Positions 1 to 11,000 of a stretch of 64,000 nt of DNA are shown here, piece by piece; position 1 is the stretch's first letter; the number at the start of each line of letters is the position of its first letter. The notes beneath the pieces were generated by a model that was not told where the DNA came from, ran no database searches, and was given only the letters and a program-made list of their open reading frames with translations. The stretch lies in assembly GCA_012518115.1 (NCBI GenBank), contig JAAYTD010000005.1, forward strand, positions 155 to 64,154, written 5' to 3'. The position numbers were made by a program, and so were the translations under genes. Origin of the DNA: Ignavibacteria bacterium (GTDB taxonomy: Bacteria > Bacteroidota > Ignavibacteria > Kapaibacteriales > UBA2268).

Positions 1-29
1 AGTGTTGAATTATACAATAGCTATAGCTA

Positions 30-1172
30 TTACAGACCAAAACTTACGTTAAGATATTTATCACTTCTAACATAAGCGTTAGTTACATCATAAGAGAGAG
101 ACTGCTCGCCAGCTTCAGCAGAAATAAGTTGCGAAGACATAGGATAAAGCGTTATTTTTTTAGTACCTTTTCCCGATGTGAGCTCTAATTCAAAATACAA
201 ATCACTATTATTCTGAATTTCGTAAAAGTTTGTCTTTGTTCCATTCCTATTTTCTTGGCTAAAATGACTCGGCAAGAGTTTCACACAAGCATTGAATAGA
301 TTTTTAACATTTTCTTCTTTTCCTGCTAAATATTTACTTGCCCACGCTACAGTTCTTCCAGCGTTCAAGGCTTCGCGAATAGCTTCTGGCGTTCTCTCTT
401 TTGCCATTACAAGAGTCATTGTGCGATGAACATATTTTTTGCTCTTATCGTAATCATGTTCAACTAGATTGTGAATATCAGAAGTTCCTATCACGGTTAA
501 ACCTTTGTCTATACACCAATCAAGAGCTTTCATGTACATCCAGAAACCGTTAATAACCTCAATCCCGTGCAGTGCATTTTTTTTGTGCAAATCTTCTAAG
601 AAAGGAAGCCATTCATACGAGCCTGCAATATTGGGTCGCCAACCAGGGTGATTCCAGAAAATAAAAGCATTTTGTTCAGCAGCTTTCATTACCGCTTCCC
701 AATCTTTTTCGGAGCTATTGTCTTCAATATAAGATGAAGCATCTCCTATGAAAATCGCATTGAAATGTCCGGGAGGTGTTTGCCGCGTAATTTCCGCTCC
801 TTTTACCAAAATAATGTTGTTTTTCTTAGAAAGCTCTTCAATGATCTCATGCGAACGATTATGATTTACCTCAACAGAATTTTTATAAGGATGATATTCA
901 ACGTGTTCCGTTAAAGCTATTGCATCTAATCCTTCTTCCCACGCTTCTTGAGCGCGAATTGTAGGCCATACCTGTCCATCGGAAAACATAGTATGCGTAT
1001 GAAAATCGCATTTCAATACTTTGTAACCATTTACATCGGGAATATTTATTATTTCTCTGTAAGTAGGTTTACGCAGTTCATCTAACTGCACCACACCTTT
1101 ACTAATTTCTTCAGCTTGAACTAAGAAAGTAAAGCTAATAAATGATAATAGAATTAATAGTTTTGTTTTCAT
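30..1172 (-). CDS. Secreted PHP-domain (histidinol-phosphatase-like) metallo-phosphoesterase
   Basis: PHP motifs CDFHTHT..SDG, LTEH, H-FNA, NHP, GTSDIH. Signal peptide MKTKLLILLSFISFTFLVQA points to the ATG at 1172 rather than the ORF-track start at 1196. Confidence 0.85.
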   Translation of the reverse strand: MKTKLLILLSFISFTFLVQAEEISKGVVQLDELRKPTYREIINIPDVNGYKVLKCDFHTHTMFSDGQVWPTIRAQEAWEEGLDAIALTEHVEYHPYKNSVEVNHNRSHEIIEELSKKNNIILVKGAEITRQTPPGHFNAIFIGDASSYIEDNSSEKDWEAVMKAAEQNAFIFWNHPGWRPNIAGSYEWLPFLEDLHKKNALHGIEVINGFWMYMKALDWCIDKGLTVIGTSDIHNLVEHDYDKSKKYVHRTMTLVMAKERTPEAIREALNAGRTVAWASKYLAGKEENVKNLFNACVKLLPSHFSQENRNGTKTNFYEIQNNSDLYFELELTSGKGTKKITLYPMSSQLISAEAGEQSLSYDVTNAYVRSDKYLNVSFGL

Positions 1173-1404
1173 TTTTAAAATACATTTTATTAACAAAAAT
1201 AAGTTTTTTCTAATATAATCTATTTTTGTTAATATTGCGTTTATTAGCCTTAATTTATTTAGTTTTTCACTTTCAGCAAATTTTATTTTACAAATTATTT
1301 ACAAATAATTTTTATAAAATATTCTATTTTATTTAAAAATATTTGTTAAATTAGAAAAAAATAGTGATATTTGCAGAAAACATTTTTATTATTAGAATAG
1401 TGTT

Positions 1405-3996
1405 ATGCCGAAACAAAACAAAAATAGGAGAATACACAACTTGCTTCTGCTGGTTCTTGCATTGTTCGTAGTAGCTTGGCTAATAGTTTATTATGCTGAC
1501 ATAATTGACGAATCAGATGCTGCGAACGAACGTTTTGCAAAAGACACATCGGAGCATTTTGTACATCCCGACATCTCACAAATCGTTGAAAGTAAACCGT
1601 TTCCAGCTGAAAAGGGATATTGTCTTGTGTGCCATCAAGGAATAGAGCCTCCCCGTCCAATCGGCTCAAAAATGATGCAGCAGATACTCGAACAAGGTGC
1701 ATCGCTTGGCGATCCCAACGGTTGCGTTGTTTGTCATGGCGGTACGCCTAACGAATTGCGAAATAAGGACAGAGCTCATAGCGGAGTACCCAAGGGTAGT
1801 TTGTTAGCTGAATTTACACCTGTTCCCGCTGCTCTACAAGTAAATGAAAATACTTGTGGACAGTGTCATAAAGATCATGTCTATAATGTTCGTCTTTCTA
1901 TGATGAACAGCGATGCAGGCAAGATGAAAGCGATTTCTTGGAGCTTCGGCATTGGTACTGAAAATTACGACCACGTTTATGCTAATAGCACACTTATTGA
2001 TACTGACGGAGCTACGCCCCGATTTGGTACTCAAAAGTACATTGAATATATGAAAGAAATGGCAGCTACTTTTCCCGGACAATTTCCTTCTGAACTGAAA
2101 GAAATTCCTACCGTTTCTGCCGAAGATATAAAGACAAATCCAGAACTTGCAGCATTTACCTATTTGCGTAATTGCAATGCTTGTCACTTGAGCAACAAGG
2201 GACATCAAGATAGAGGACATTATCGAGGAATGGGATGTGCAGCTTGTCACAGTATTTACAGTAACGAAGGTTTTTATGAAGGTGGCGACATAAAAATTCC
2301 GAGAGACAAACCCGGACATTTGATGGTTCACGCTATGCAAGGAACGAGAAAATCGAGCATCAGCTTTAATGACCAAAAATTAAGCGGCGTGCAGGTTTCC
2401 ACTTGTGCAGCTTGCCATGCAGCTGGACGTAGAATCGGACACGCATATCAAGGACTAATGGCATTGGACGACTCATATAATCGTGGACCTTTTGACGAAA
2501 AAGGATTACCTCAAAAGCCAAACGCTGGCTATGTGTTTAAATATATGCAAGGCGACGTCCATCGACAAATAGAAAAAGATGGTAAAATGGTTAGCGGATT
2601 GCTATGTCAAGATTGCCATACAACTAGCTCCATGCACGGCAGCGGAAACATTGAAGCTACTACTCTTGCAGCTATAGAAATTGAGTGTGCTGATTGTCAT
2701 GGAACGCCTACTCACTATCCGTGGGAGCTCCCTTTGGGCTACGGTGATGAATTCGGGAAAACGCTTGATATGAAGCTTGCTCGTGGCGTAGCTGATGAAC
2801 CGCTTGAAGTTACTAAAGAATTTGGTATCACATATCCAAAAGAAGATGGATATTTGCTCTCGGCACGTGGAAATCCTTTAGGAAATGTTGTGCGAAGAGG
2901 CAACCGCGTTATCGTACATTCTGACGGTAGCAATAACGAATTTGAACTTATCACACTAAAAGAAATTGCAAATAAAAAAACTTGGAAAAATCCGATAGAT
3001 GCTAAAGTAGCAATGGTTAACACTAAGCACATGGAAAAAATGGAGTGTTATGCTTGTCATTCTACTTGGATGCCGCAATACTACGGATATAAATATGTGA
3101 TTGATTACACAAAATCATCTACAGATTGGCTACGTTCGCCACAGCTTTATGGCAAAGATGGCACAACTGCCGATTATCATCAGAAATTTGCAACGCAACC
3201 CGGAGCTCCTACTTATGGCGACTATAGCCATATCCGCTGGGAAAACGCACCGCTAGGTGTAAATGGCGAAGGAAGAGTTTCACCGTTAGTTGGCGTAATA
3301 CAAACAGTTAGCACTGTGATTGATAAAGATGGCAAAACGGTTGTATGGAACAATGTAGCTAAAACGCAAGAAGGTTACAACGCAATAGAACTAGCTCCGC
3401 TTAATCCGCATACCACTTCTCTTAAATCAAGAGAATGTGTCGATTGCCACGGTAACCCTGTTGCTGCAGGATACGGTATTGATGGCGGAATTTATGATGC
3501 AAAGCCCGGAACACCCAGATATGCTGATGTAGTTGATGCTGAAGGAAATAATGTGAGCAAATACACACAGGCACAAATAGCTGCTATAAGCGAGCTGCAC
3601 GGCGATTTTATGCAGTTGCTTACTCTTGATGGAAAACAAGTACAAACTATAGATACGCACTGGCCTACTTCCGTGCCACTTACTCAATCGCAGCGCGATT
3701 TGCTGACTCGCAAAAATGCTTGTATTGCTTGTCATCAGGATATCCCAAAAGGCACTATCCCCAATCGGATGTTAACAAAGATTGCTGAAATAGCTAAGCT
3801 TTCTTTCGCAACTCCTGAAGAACATACTAGCTTGTTGCATAGCAATAATCTTATGATTGCGTGGATTAAAGCACTTGGCGTTGTGGGACTTATTGTAATG
3901 GCAGGAATAATTGTGTTGGCAGTTATAAAACGAAAACAACTAGCTAGCTTTTGGAAGAAATTCGTAAAATCTTTTAAAAATTCGGCTGAGGAGTAA
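1405..3996 (+). CDS. Membrane-anchored multiheme cytochrome c (11 CxxCH)
   Basis: CxxCH motifs CLVCH, CVVCH, CGQCH, CNACH, CAACH x2, CQDCH, CADCH, CYACH, CVDCH, CIACH. Hydrophobic helices at the N-terminus (LLLLVLALFVVAWLIVYY) and near the C-terminus (ALGVVGLIVMAGIIVLAVI). Confidence 0.9.
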   Translation: MPKQNKNRRIHNLLLLVLALFVVAWLIVYYADIIDESDAANERFAKDTSEHFVHPDISQIVESKPFPAEKGYCLVCHQGIEPPRPIGSKMMQQILEQGASLGDPNGCVVCHGGTPNELRNKDRAHSGVPKGSLLAEFTPVPAALQVNENTCGQCHKDHVYNVRLSMMNSDAGKMKAISWSFGIGTENYDHVYANSTLIDTDGATPRFGTQKYIEYMKEMAATFPGQFPSELKEIPTVSAEDIKTNPELAAFTYLRNCNACHLSNKGHQDRGHYRGMGCAACHSIYSNEGFYEGGDIKIPRDKPGHLMVHAMQGTRKSSISFNDQKLSGVQVSTCAACHAAGRRIGHAYQGLMALDDSYNRGPFDEKGLPQKPNAGYVFKYMQGDVHRQIEKDGKMVSGLLCQDCHTTSSMHGSGNIEATTLAAIEIECADCHGTPTHYPWELPLGYGDEFGKTLDMKLARGVADEPLEVTKEFGITYPKEDGYLLSARGNPLGNVVRRGNRVIVHSDGSNNEFELITLKEIANKKTWKNPIDAKVAMVNTKHMEKMECYACHSTWMPQYYGYKYVIDYTKSSTDWLRSPQLYGKDGTTADYHQKFATQPGAPTYGDYSHIRWENAPLGVNGEGRVSPLVGVIQTVSTVIDKDGKTVVWNNVAKTQEGYNAIELAPLNPHTTSLKSRECVDCHGNPVAAGYGIDGGIYDAKPGTPRYADVVDAEGNNVSKYTQAQIAAISELHGDFMQLLTLDGKQVQTIDTHWPTSVPLTQSQRDLLTRKNACIACHQDIPKGTIPNRMLTKIAEIAKLSFATPEEHTSLLHSNNLMIAWIKALGVVGLIVMAGIIVLAVIKRKQLASFWKKFVKSFKNSAEE

Positions 3997-4193
3997 ATAG
4001 ATTTACAAAAGCATATACTTTTGTAAAAGAGGTGTGAGTTTTTTTTATAAAACATTTTATTTCAGAAATATTTTACAACTTTACACGTTGAATTAGAAAT
4101 AAAGAAAAAAACGAACACAAAACATTTTTAGTGCTATCTACGCAAAAGAATAGATTTTAAAAAAACAGATTATAAATTTTATACTACAAGTCT

Positions 4194-5858
4194 ATGGAAG
4201 AAAATATTGTAAAAACGGACGTTTTAATTATTGGAGCGGGACCATCTGGACTTTCTGCAGCTATTCACCTTGCTGATTTATTCAAGCAAAATGAACTTGA
4301 CAAACAAATCATTGTGGTAGATAAAGGGCAGTCTGTCGGTTCGCATATTTTGTCTGGAGCAATTATAAAACCGAAAGTCTTTTCGGAACTTATGCCAGAT
4401 GTAAAAAAAGAGGAAATACCTTTCAACAGCAAGGTAACAAAAGATGCGATGTATATGCTTACAAGCCGCACTAGTTCTTTCAAAATGCCTTTCACTCCGC
4501 CTTATATGGGCAATCAAGGCAACTATGTTGCATCGTTGGGAGAAATTTGTCGCTTTTTGGCAAATAAAGCTACAGAGAAAGGAGTAGAAATCTATACAGG
4601 TTTCGCTATGAGCGAACTCCTTTATGATGAGGCTGATAATGTTATCGGAGCAAAGTGCATCGATACAGGTGTAGACCACAATGGCGAAAAACTAGAAAAC
4701 TATGTGGAAGGCACAGGCGTTCAGGCTGATATAACTATTTTAGCTGAAGGTACTCGCGGCAGTTTAGCAAAACAATTAATCAAAAAGAAGAATCTACATG
4801 AGGGTAAAAACCCGCAAATTTATTCACTCGGCTGCAAAGAGCTTTTCTCTGTACCAGAGGGAACTATAAGTCCGGGAGAAGTGTATAACACAATGGGCTT
4901 CCCTGCAATGCAAGATGGTGTTTTTGGAGGTGGTTTCATATATGGCTTGACAGATAATCGTGTAGCATTAGGTTTGGTGCTCGGACTTGACTATGCAGAT
5001 CCAACCTATGACATTTTCCGTGCCTTACAAATCTGGAAAACTCACCCGTTTGTAGAAAAGTTTGTAAAAGAAGGAAAACTTTTGGAATATGGTGCTAAGA
5101 CTCTCCCAGAAGGCGGTTTCTACTCTCTAACTAAATACTACACAAACGGAGCTATGATAGTAGGGGATTCTGCTGGATTCCTCGCTATGCCCGCTCTAAA
5201 AGGCGTACATTTGGCTATCTATTCAGGAATGTGTGCTGCAAAAACTGCATTAGAGGCATTTAAGCAAAATGATTTCTCTGAAGAAACTCTGAAAAAATAT
5301 AAGGAGTTTGTAGAGAAGTCACCTATTTACAAAGAGATGTATAAATGTAGAAACTTCCGTCAGGGCTTCTCGAAAGGCACTTTCGCAGGAATGTTTAATT
5401 TCGGCACACAGATAATAACAGGCGGAGCAGGTTTCTGTGGCAAGCTCAGTGTAAAATCAGATGCAGAACACACAAAAACTATAGCGGACTTTAAGAAAAC
5501 TACCTTTAAGCAGAAATACGCATCTTATGATTTGGATAAACCTTATGTATTCAGCAAAGTAGATGACGTTTTCTATTCAGGTACTTTGCACGATGAAGAG
5601 CAGCTTGTTCACCTAAGAGTAAAAGACATGCAGAAGTATGTTTCAGAAAATATCGCAAAATATGACGCTCCTTGTCAGTATTACTGTCCTGCTGAGGTTT
5701 ACGAAATCCACACCGATAGAAATACTGGTCATAAAGAGCTTCGTATTCATTCTGAGAACTGCGTACATTGCAAAACTTGTGATATTAAAGAGCCATTACA
5801 AGCAATAGAGTGGAATGTTCCAAATGGCGGTAATGGACCTGACTATAAAAATATGTAA
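4194..5858 (+). CDS. Electron transfer flavoprotein:quinone oxidoreductase (ETF-QO; FixC+FixX-like in one chain)
   Basis: FAD-binding GAGPSG, SHILSGA, LPEGG, GDSAGF...KGVHLAI. C-terminal 4Fe-4S motif CPAEVYE...NCVHCKTCDIKEP. Confidence 0.92.
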   Translation: MEENIVKTDVLIIGAGPSGLSAAIHLADLFKQNELDKQIIVVDKGQSVGSHILSGAIIKPKVFSELMPDVKKEEIPFNSKVTKDAMYMLTSRTSSFKMPFTPPYMGNQGNYVASLGEICRFLANKATEKGVEIYTGFAMSELLYDEADNVIGAKCIDTGVDHNGEKLENYVEGTGVQADITILAEGTRGSLAKQLIKKKNLHEGKNPQIYSLGCKELFSVPEGTISPGEVYNTMGFPAMQDGVFGGGFIYGLTDNRVALGLVLGLDYADPTYDIFRALQIWKTHPFVEKFVKEGKLLEYGAKTLPEGGFYSLTKYYTNGAMIVGDSAGFLAMPALKGVHLAIYSGMCAAKTALEAFKQNDFSEETLKKYKEFVEKSPIYKEMYKCRNFRQGFSKGTFAGMFNFGTQIITGGAGFCGKLSVKSDAEHTKTIADFKKTTFKQKYASYDLDKPYVFSKVDDVFYSGTLHDEEQLVHLRVKDMQKYVSENIAKYDAPCQYYCPAEVYEIHTDRNTGHKELRIHSENCVHCKTCDIKEPLQAIEWNVPNGGNGPDYKNM

Positions 5859-5897
5859 TTCGCAAAAGTGTTGAACCAAATAAAAAGTGAAAAAACT

Positions 5898-7841
5898 ATG
5901 GCATTAACTATTATAACATTAATAAAACAAGTTCCGCTGCCCTCTGAAATGAGAATGGGCGACGACGGACTTATGGATAGAACAAAGGCAAAATCTATCA
6001 CAAATATTGACTGCCAATTTGGTTTGGAGGCAGGATTACAGCTAAAAAAGAGATATCCAGACGCACGTATGATTGTCTGCTCTATGGGACCTCAATCTTT
6101 TGAACAATCCCTGAAAAGATCTATCTCTATGGGCTACGATGAGGCTTATTTGCTATCTGATAGAAAACTTGGTGGTTCCGATACATTTGCTACAGGTTTA
6201 GCTATATCTACCATGCTAAAACACCTCGGTTTCCACAAAGATAGTAAGGAGCCTTTTATAATCTTGTCTGGCAGGCAGTCATCTGACGGTGACACAGCCC
6301 ACGTACCTTCACAGGTAGCTGAAGCTATGGGTTTACCTCAGGCAACTTTTATAGAACGTATTGAAGCTAATCCAGACGGCACTATTACAGCTCGCCGTAT
6401 CATTGAGGGAGGTTATCAGATACTCAAATTACCTATGCCTTGCGTTATCTCGTTTACGCCAACAGGCATCAAACCTCGCAAACCTTCGCTTTTGGGAGCA
6501 ATGAAGGCTCGTCGCTCACAGATAGTGGTAAAAAGCGTAGATGATATAAAAATGTCTGAAGAGAATCAGAAGCTAATCGGTATAAACGGCTCGCCCACAT
6601 TAGTAGCTGGGATCGAAAATATTGAGTCTGACCGCCCGCCTATAATGATGGCTGTAGGTAACTCTGAGAAGGAATTAGTGGACTCTTTGATAGAGAACAT
6701 CGAAAAAGGTGGTAATGAGTTGGTCAAAAAGGAAGCGAAAGCAAAGAAAGAGGTAGATACCACAGGAATGGAAGTGGTGGATTTGCGTGGCGACAATAAA
6801 GGAATTATTACTTGGGCAGAGGTAACTGGCGATAAAATTGGTCGTCCCTCGCTTGAACTTCTTACTCCTGCTCGCCATCTCGCTGAACAGCTCGGCAATG
6901 ATACAAAAATTACAACTGTGCTTATTGGTAAGAATGTGAAACATTTGGCACAAACACTATTCGAACACGGAACAGACGAAGTTGTAGTAGTAGAACATGA
7001 TAAGTTGGAAGAGTATTTAATTCTGCCATTTGCAGATATTATGACACAAATCATCTGCCAAAGAAAGCCAGAGATTGCGCTGTTTGCTGCAACAACTGCA
7101 GGACGTGAACTTGCTCCACGAGTAGGAATGAAAACAAGTTCTGGAGTTACAGCAGACTGTACCGCTTTGGAGATTGGCGACTATGTAGATAGAAAAAATT
7201 CTCGTGTTATCCGTCCGATACTCCACAGTCGTCGTCCTACTTTTGGCGATAGCAAGTTAGCTACAATTCTTGGCTCTGTTTATCCGCAAATCTCTACAGC
7301 TCGTGCGGGAACGTTCGCTGTGCCAGAAGTTCAAGCGGGCAGAACGGGCAATATCATTGAGTTTCAGCCAACCCTAAAGGATGAAGACTTTGTAACCTCT
7401 ATTGTAGAAACTGTTCGTGGCGATGGCGGATTGACTTCGTTGTTTGAGGCGGATATCATAGTATCTGGTGGTCGTGGCACAGTGGGAGAAGAACTTAAAC
7501 TCGTCAAAGAACTTGCCGAAGCCCTAAAGCAGCAAGGTTACAAGGCTGAATGGGCTTGTAGCCGTGTGGTAGTAGATGAAGGCTATGCTGAATATGCTCG
7601 CCAAGTAGGACAGACAGGTAAAACTGTTCGCCCTAAGATTTATATAGCTGTTGGTATAAGCGGTGCTATACAACACCTCGCAGGCATCAAGGAGGTAGGC
7701 AAAATTATAGCTATCAACCAAAATCCTAAGGCAAATATATTCCGACATGCAGACTTCGGCGTGTGTGGCTTATACCAAGATATCCTACCTGAACTCATCG
7801 AAAGAGTAAAACAAGGATATGCTTTCGGAGTTACAAAATAA
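5898..7841 (+). CDS. Fused electron transfer flavoprotein beta-alpha (EtfB-EtfA)
   Basis: N-half EtfB motifs (KQVP, GGSDTFAT, GRQSSDGDTAHV). C-half EtfA motifs (GVTADCT, RPTFG, ADIIVSGGRG, QVGQTGKTVRP, GISGAIQH, AIN). ATG at 5898 preferred over TTG at 5868. Confidence 0.92.
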   Translation: MALTIITLIKQVPLPSEMRMGDDGLMDRTKAKSITNIDCQFGLEAGLQLKKRYPDARMIVCSMGPQSFEQSLKRSISMGYDEAYLLSDRKLGGSDTFATGLAISTMLKHLGFHKDSKEPFIILSGRQSSDGDTAHVPSQVAEAMGLPQATFIERIEANPDGTITARRIIEGGYQILKLPMPCVISFTPTGIKPRKPSLLGAMKARRSQIVVKSVDDIKMSEENQKLIGINGSPTLVAGIENIESDRPPIMMAVGNSEKELVDSLIENIEKGGNELVKKEAKAKKEVDTTGMEVVDLRGDNKGIITWAEVTGDKIGRPSLELLTPARHLAEQLGNDTKITTVLIGKNVKHLAQTLFEHGTDEVVVVEHDKLEEYLILPFADIMTQIICQRKPEIALFAATTAGRELAPRVGMKTSSGVTADCTALEIGDYVDRKNSRVIRPILHSRRPTFGDSKLATILGSVYPQISTARAGTFAVPEVQAGRTGNIIEFQPTLKDEDFVTSIVETVRGDGGLTSLFEADIIVSGGRGTVGEELKLVKELAEALKQQGYKAEWACSRVVVDEGYAEYARQVGQTGKTVRPKIYIAVGISGAIQHLAGIKEVGKIIAINQNPKANIFRHADFGVCGLYQDILPELIERVKQGYAFGVTK

Positions 7842-7880
7842 GGACAAATGATTTTTTAAGATCAATAAATTTTTTTATAG

Positions 7881-7921
7881 AATAGTAGTCGTAGTACATA
7901 AATTACGGCTACTATTTTTTT
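7881..7921 (+). terminator. Intrinsic terminator after etf operon
   Basis: AATAGTAGTCGTA...TACGGCTACTATT hairpin followed by a T run. Confidence 0.65.
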
Positions 7922-8043
7922 ACTCTTGAGAATCAATACTTTTTTTATTGTATATTATTCAAATGGGTATAAAAGCAAACTTAATGTAACTTTAATATAG
8001 TATTCATATTATCTTCACACTAATGTATTAATTTTGTACGTGT

Positions 8044-8051
8044 TAAATTTG
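8044..8051 (+). promoter_or_regulatory. Bacteroidota-type -7 promoter element (TAAATTTG)
   Basis: Matches TAnnTTTG, 40 nt upstream of the receptor start. Confidence 0.5.
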
Positions 8052-8090
8052 TATTTCATAATTTTTTCAAAAACAATATAAGGTTTTTAC

Positions 8091-11000
8091 ATGTACAACA
8101 AAATTATTTACAACAAAATCATTGTTACAACATTTATGTTCTTCGCACTCTGTATGACTGCATTTTCGCAAGCAAATACAACTGCGAGTATATCCGGGTT
8201 CGTTAAAAATACCGATGGGAACCCTCTTATAAGTGCCACTGTCAGAGTGGAGCATTTGCCCACAGGCACGAAAAGCGGTGCTATCACAGGTAGAACAGGA
8301 AAATATAATATTCTTGGTCTAAAAGTAGGTGGTCCGTATAAAGTTATGATTTCTATGGTAGGTTATGAAGCACAGACTTTTGAAGATGTATTCCTATCAC
8401 TGAATGAAGCACTTACGCTAAATGTAAGTCTTAAAGAACAAGCTACTATGATTGATCCCGTTGTCGTAGAGGTAACAAAGAATGACATTATTTCAAGCGA
8501 TAAGACAGGTGCTACTTACAAAATATCTGAAATAGATATTGATAATTTGCCGACTATTGCCAGAAGTATTCACGATTATTCTCGTCTTAGTCCATTGATA
8601 GTTTCTTCATCAAGTGATGGCTCAAATGTAGCCGGAAGAAATACACGATATAACAATATCACTATTGACGGTGCAGTAATAAACGACGCTTTCGGTTTAG
8701 CTTCATCAGGTGGTGCTTTCGGTGGAACTGCCGGTACTCAGCCTATCTCTCTTGATGCGATTGAGCAATTCCAAGTATCCATATCACCTTTTGATATTAA
8801 AGAAGGCGGATTCACAGGTGGCTTAATTAACGCAATTTCTAAAAGTGGTACTAATAATTTGACCGGTTCTGTTTATTATTTCGGCAGAAATAAAAACTTT
8901 ATCGGCAATAACCCTGTATCTGATTTACCTTATCCTGATTTCAATGAATCACAAATTGGTGCCAGAGTTGGCGGTCCAGTTATTAAAAATAAACTGTTCT
9001 ATTTTGCAAATTTTGAAATGGGTCTTCGTTCAGAACCATACGTAATAGGTTTATTAGGTAGCAATGAAGCAAATATCTTCAGTATTTCAGCGGATTCTCT
9101 AAGAATAATTAGAGATGCAGTAATAAATAAATACGGCTACGATCCGGGTAGTTACGATGATTATACTAAAAAAATCAATAACTATAAATTATTCCTAAAG
9201 TTTGATTATAATATTAACGACAAAAATAGATTGACGCTAAGACATAACTTTGTAACAGGAGATCAAGGTAACGCTGTTTCCAGAAGTAGAAGTACTTTCT
9301 CTTATGCAAATCAAGAATACAAATTCAATAGTGTGCTAAATCAAACTGTGATGCAATTAAACTCAGTAATTACTCCACAATTAGTAAATGAATTGAAAAT
9401 GTCTTATACAGCTGTTAGAGAACACAGAGATCCGCTATCAAGTCCGTTCCCTTCCGTTACATTAAGAAATATGGGACAAGATGGAAAAGGTTTAATCACT
9501 TTCGGTATAGATAGATTCTCTCAAGCTAATGCCTTAGATCAAGATTTATTTGAATTTACTGATAATTTATTTTATTTCTTAGGTAATCACGTTTTAACAT
9601 TGGGAACAAGTAACCAAATGGTTAGTTCAAATAACTTATTCTTACAGGATTACTATGGAGCTTGGGAATTTTCTGCGGATGCAAATGGCTCAAGTTTAGA
9701 TAACTTTTTAGCAGGAAAAGCTTCTAGATACATGTTGTCCTATGCTAATACAGCAGCTACAGATGGAGAATTAAAACCAAGAGCTAATATGAGATATTTC
9801 CAATGGGGCTTTTATGCTCAGGATGAATGGTCTGTATTAGAAAATTTGAAATTGACAGCCGGTTTCAGAGTTGATTTATTCTCCTTTACAAAAAAACCTT
9901 TAGAAAATTCTCAATTCGCTGCTCCACATAATTGGTATGGAATGGATGCAGGCAGTGTGTTAAATACTTCTGTTATTCCAAACCCAATTTCTTATTCTCC
10001 AAGAATTGGATTTAATTGGGACGTAAATAATGATAAACAGATCCAATTACGTGGTGGCGTTGGTCTATTCTCCGGTAGAACTCCGGGCGTTTGGATCTCA
10101 AATCAATTCTCTTCTACAGGTGTTGATGTTTTAAGAATTGATGAAAGAAATACTCAATATACTTTCACTCCAGATGTAAACAATCAACCAAGACCGGATA
10201 ATCCAAAAGCTCAGACTACAGAAATTAATATAACTGATCCGAACTTAAAAATGCCACAAATATTAAGAGGAAACTTGGGATTTGATTATCAATTGCCATT
10301 AGGATTTGTGCTTACTTTAGAAGCTCTTTACGGAAAAACAATTTATGATATTGAGTATCAAAATATTAATCTTCAGTATGCAAAAAATGATGACGGAACA
10401 ATTGCAACTACTATCGACGGAAGAAACTTATATAGTAAAGAACAAGTAGATAAATCGTTTACAAGGGTTATCTATATGAAAAATACTACTCAAGGTAACC
10501 AGCTTAACTTAGTAGCTCAAATTCAAAAACCTTACGGACAAGGTATATTACCTAATCTATCTGCAAATTTAGCTTATACTTTTAGCAAAGTAGAAGATGT
10601 GAATCCTCTTACTTCAAGTAGAGCAGTTTCAAACTGGCAATATAATGTAGGATTAGATCCGAATGCAAGCGAATTAACCAGATCTTCTTACGAAGTTCCT
10701 CATAAAATTATGGCGAATATCTCATATACTTTTGATTATTCAAAGAACTTCGCAACTACAATTGGTATATACTACGAAGGACGTAGCGGACTTCCGTTCT
10801 CTATGGTTTATGTAGAAGATGCAAACGGCGATAATATATATGGTAATGACCTTATTTATATCCCTACCGGTGCAAGTGATCCTAAATTTAATTTAATTAC
10901 TAATAATTGGGATGAACTAAATGCACTTATTGATGATTTTGATTATCTAAAAAATAATCGCGGTAAAATCATGGAAAAAAATTCATTAAACACACCTTGG

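Noticed and set aside
1282-1306. Tandem ATTTTACAAAT direct repeat upstream of the cytochrome as an operator
   Set aside because: Low-complexity AT-rich context and no recognisable regulator consensus.
7850-8090. Riboswitch upstream of the TonB-dependent receptor
   Set aside because: Leader is short and extremely AT-rich, with no cobalamin or TPP aptamer motifs.
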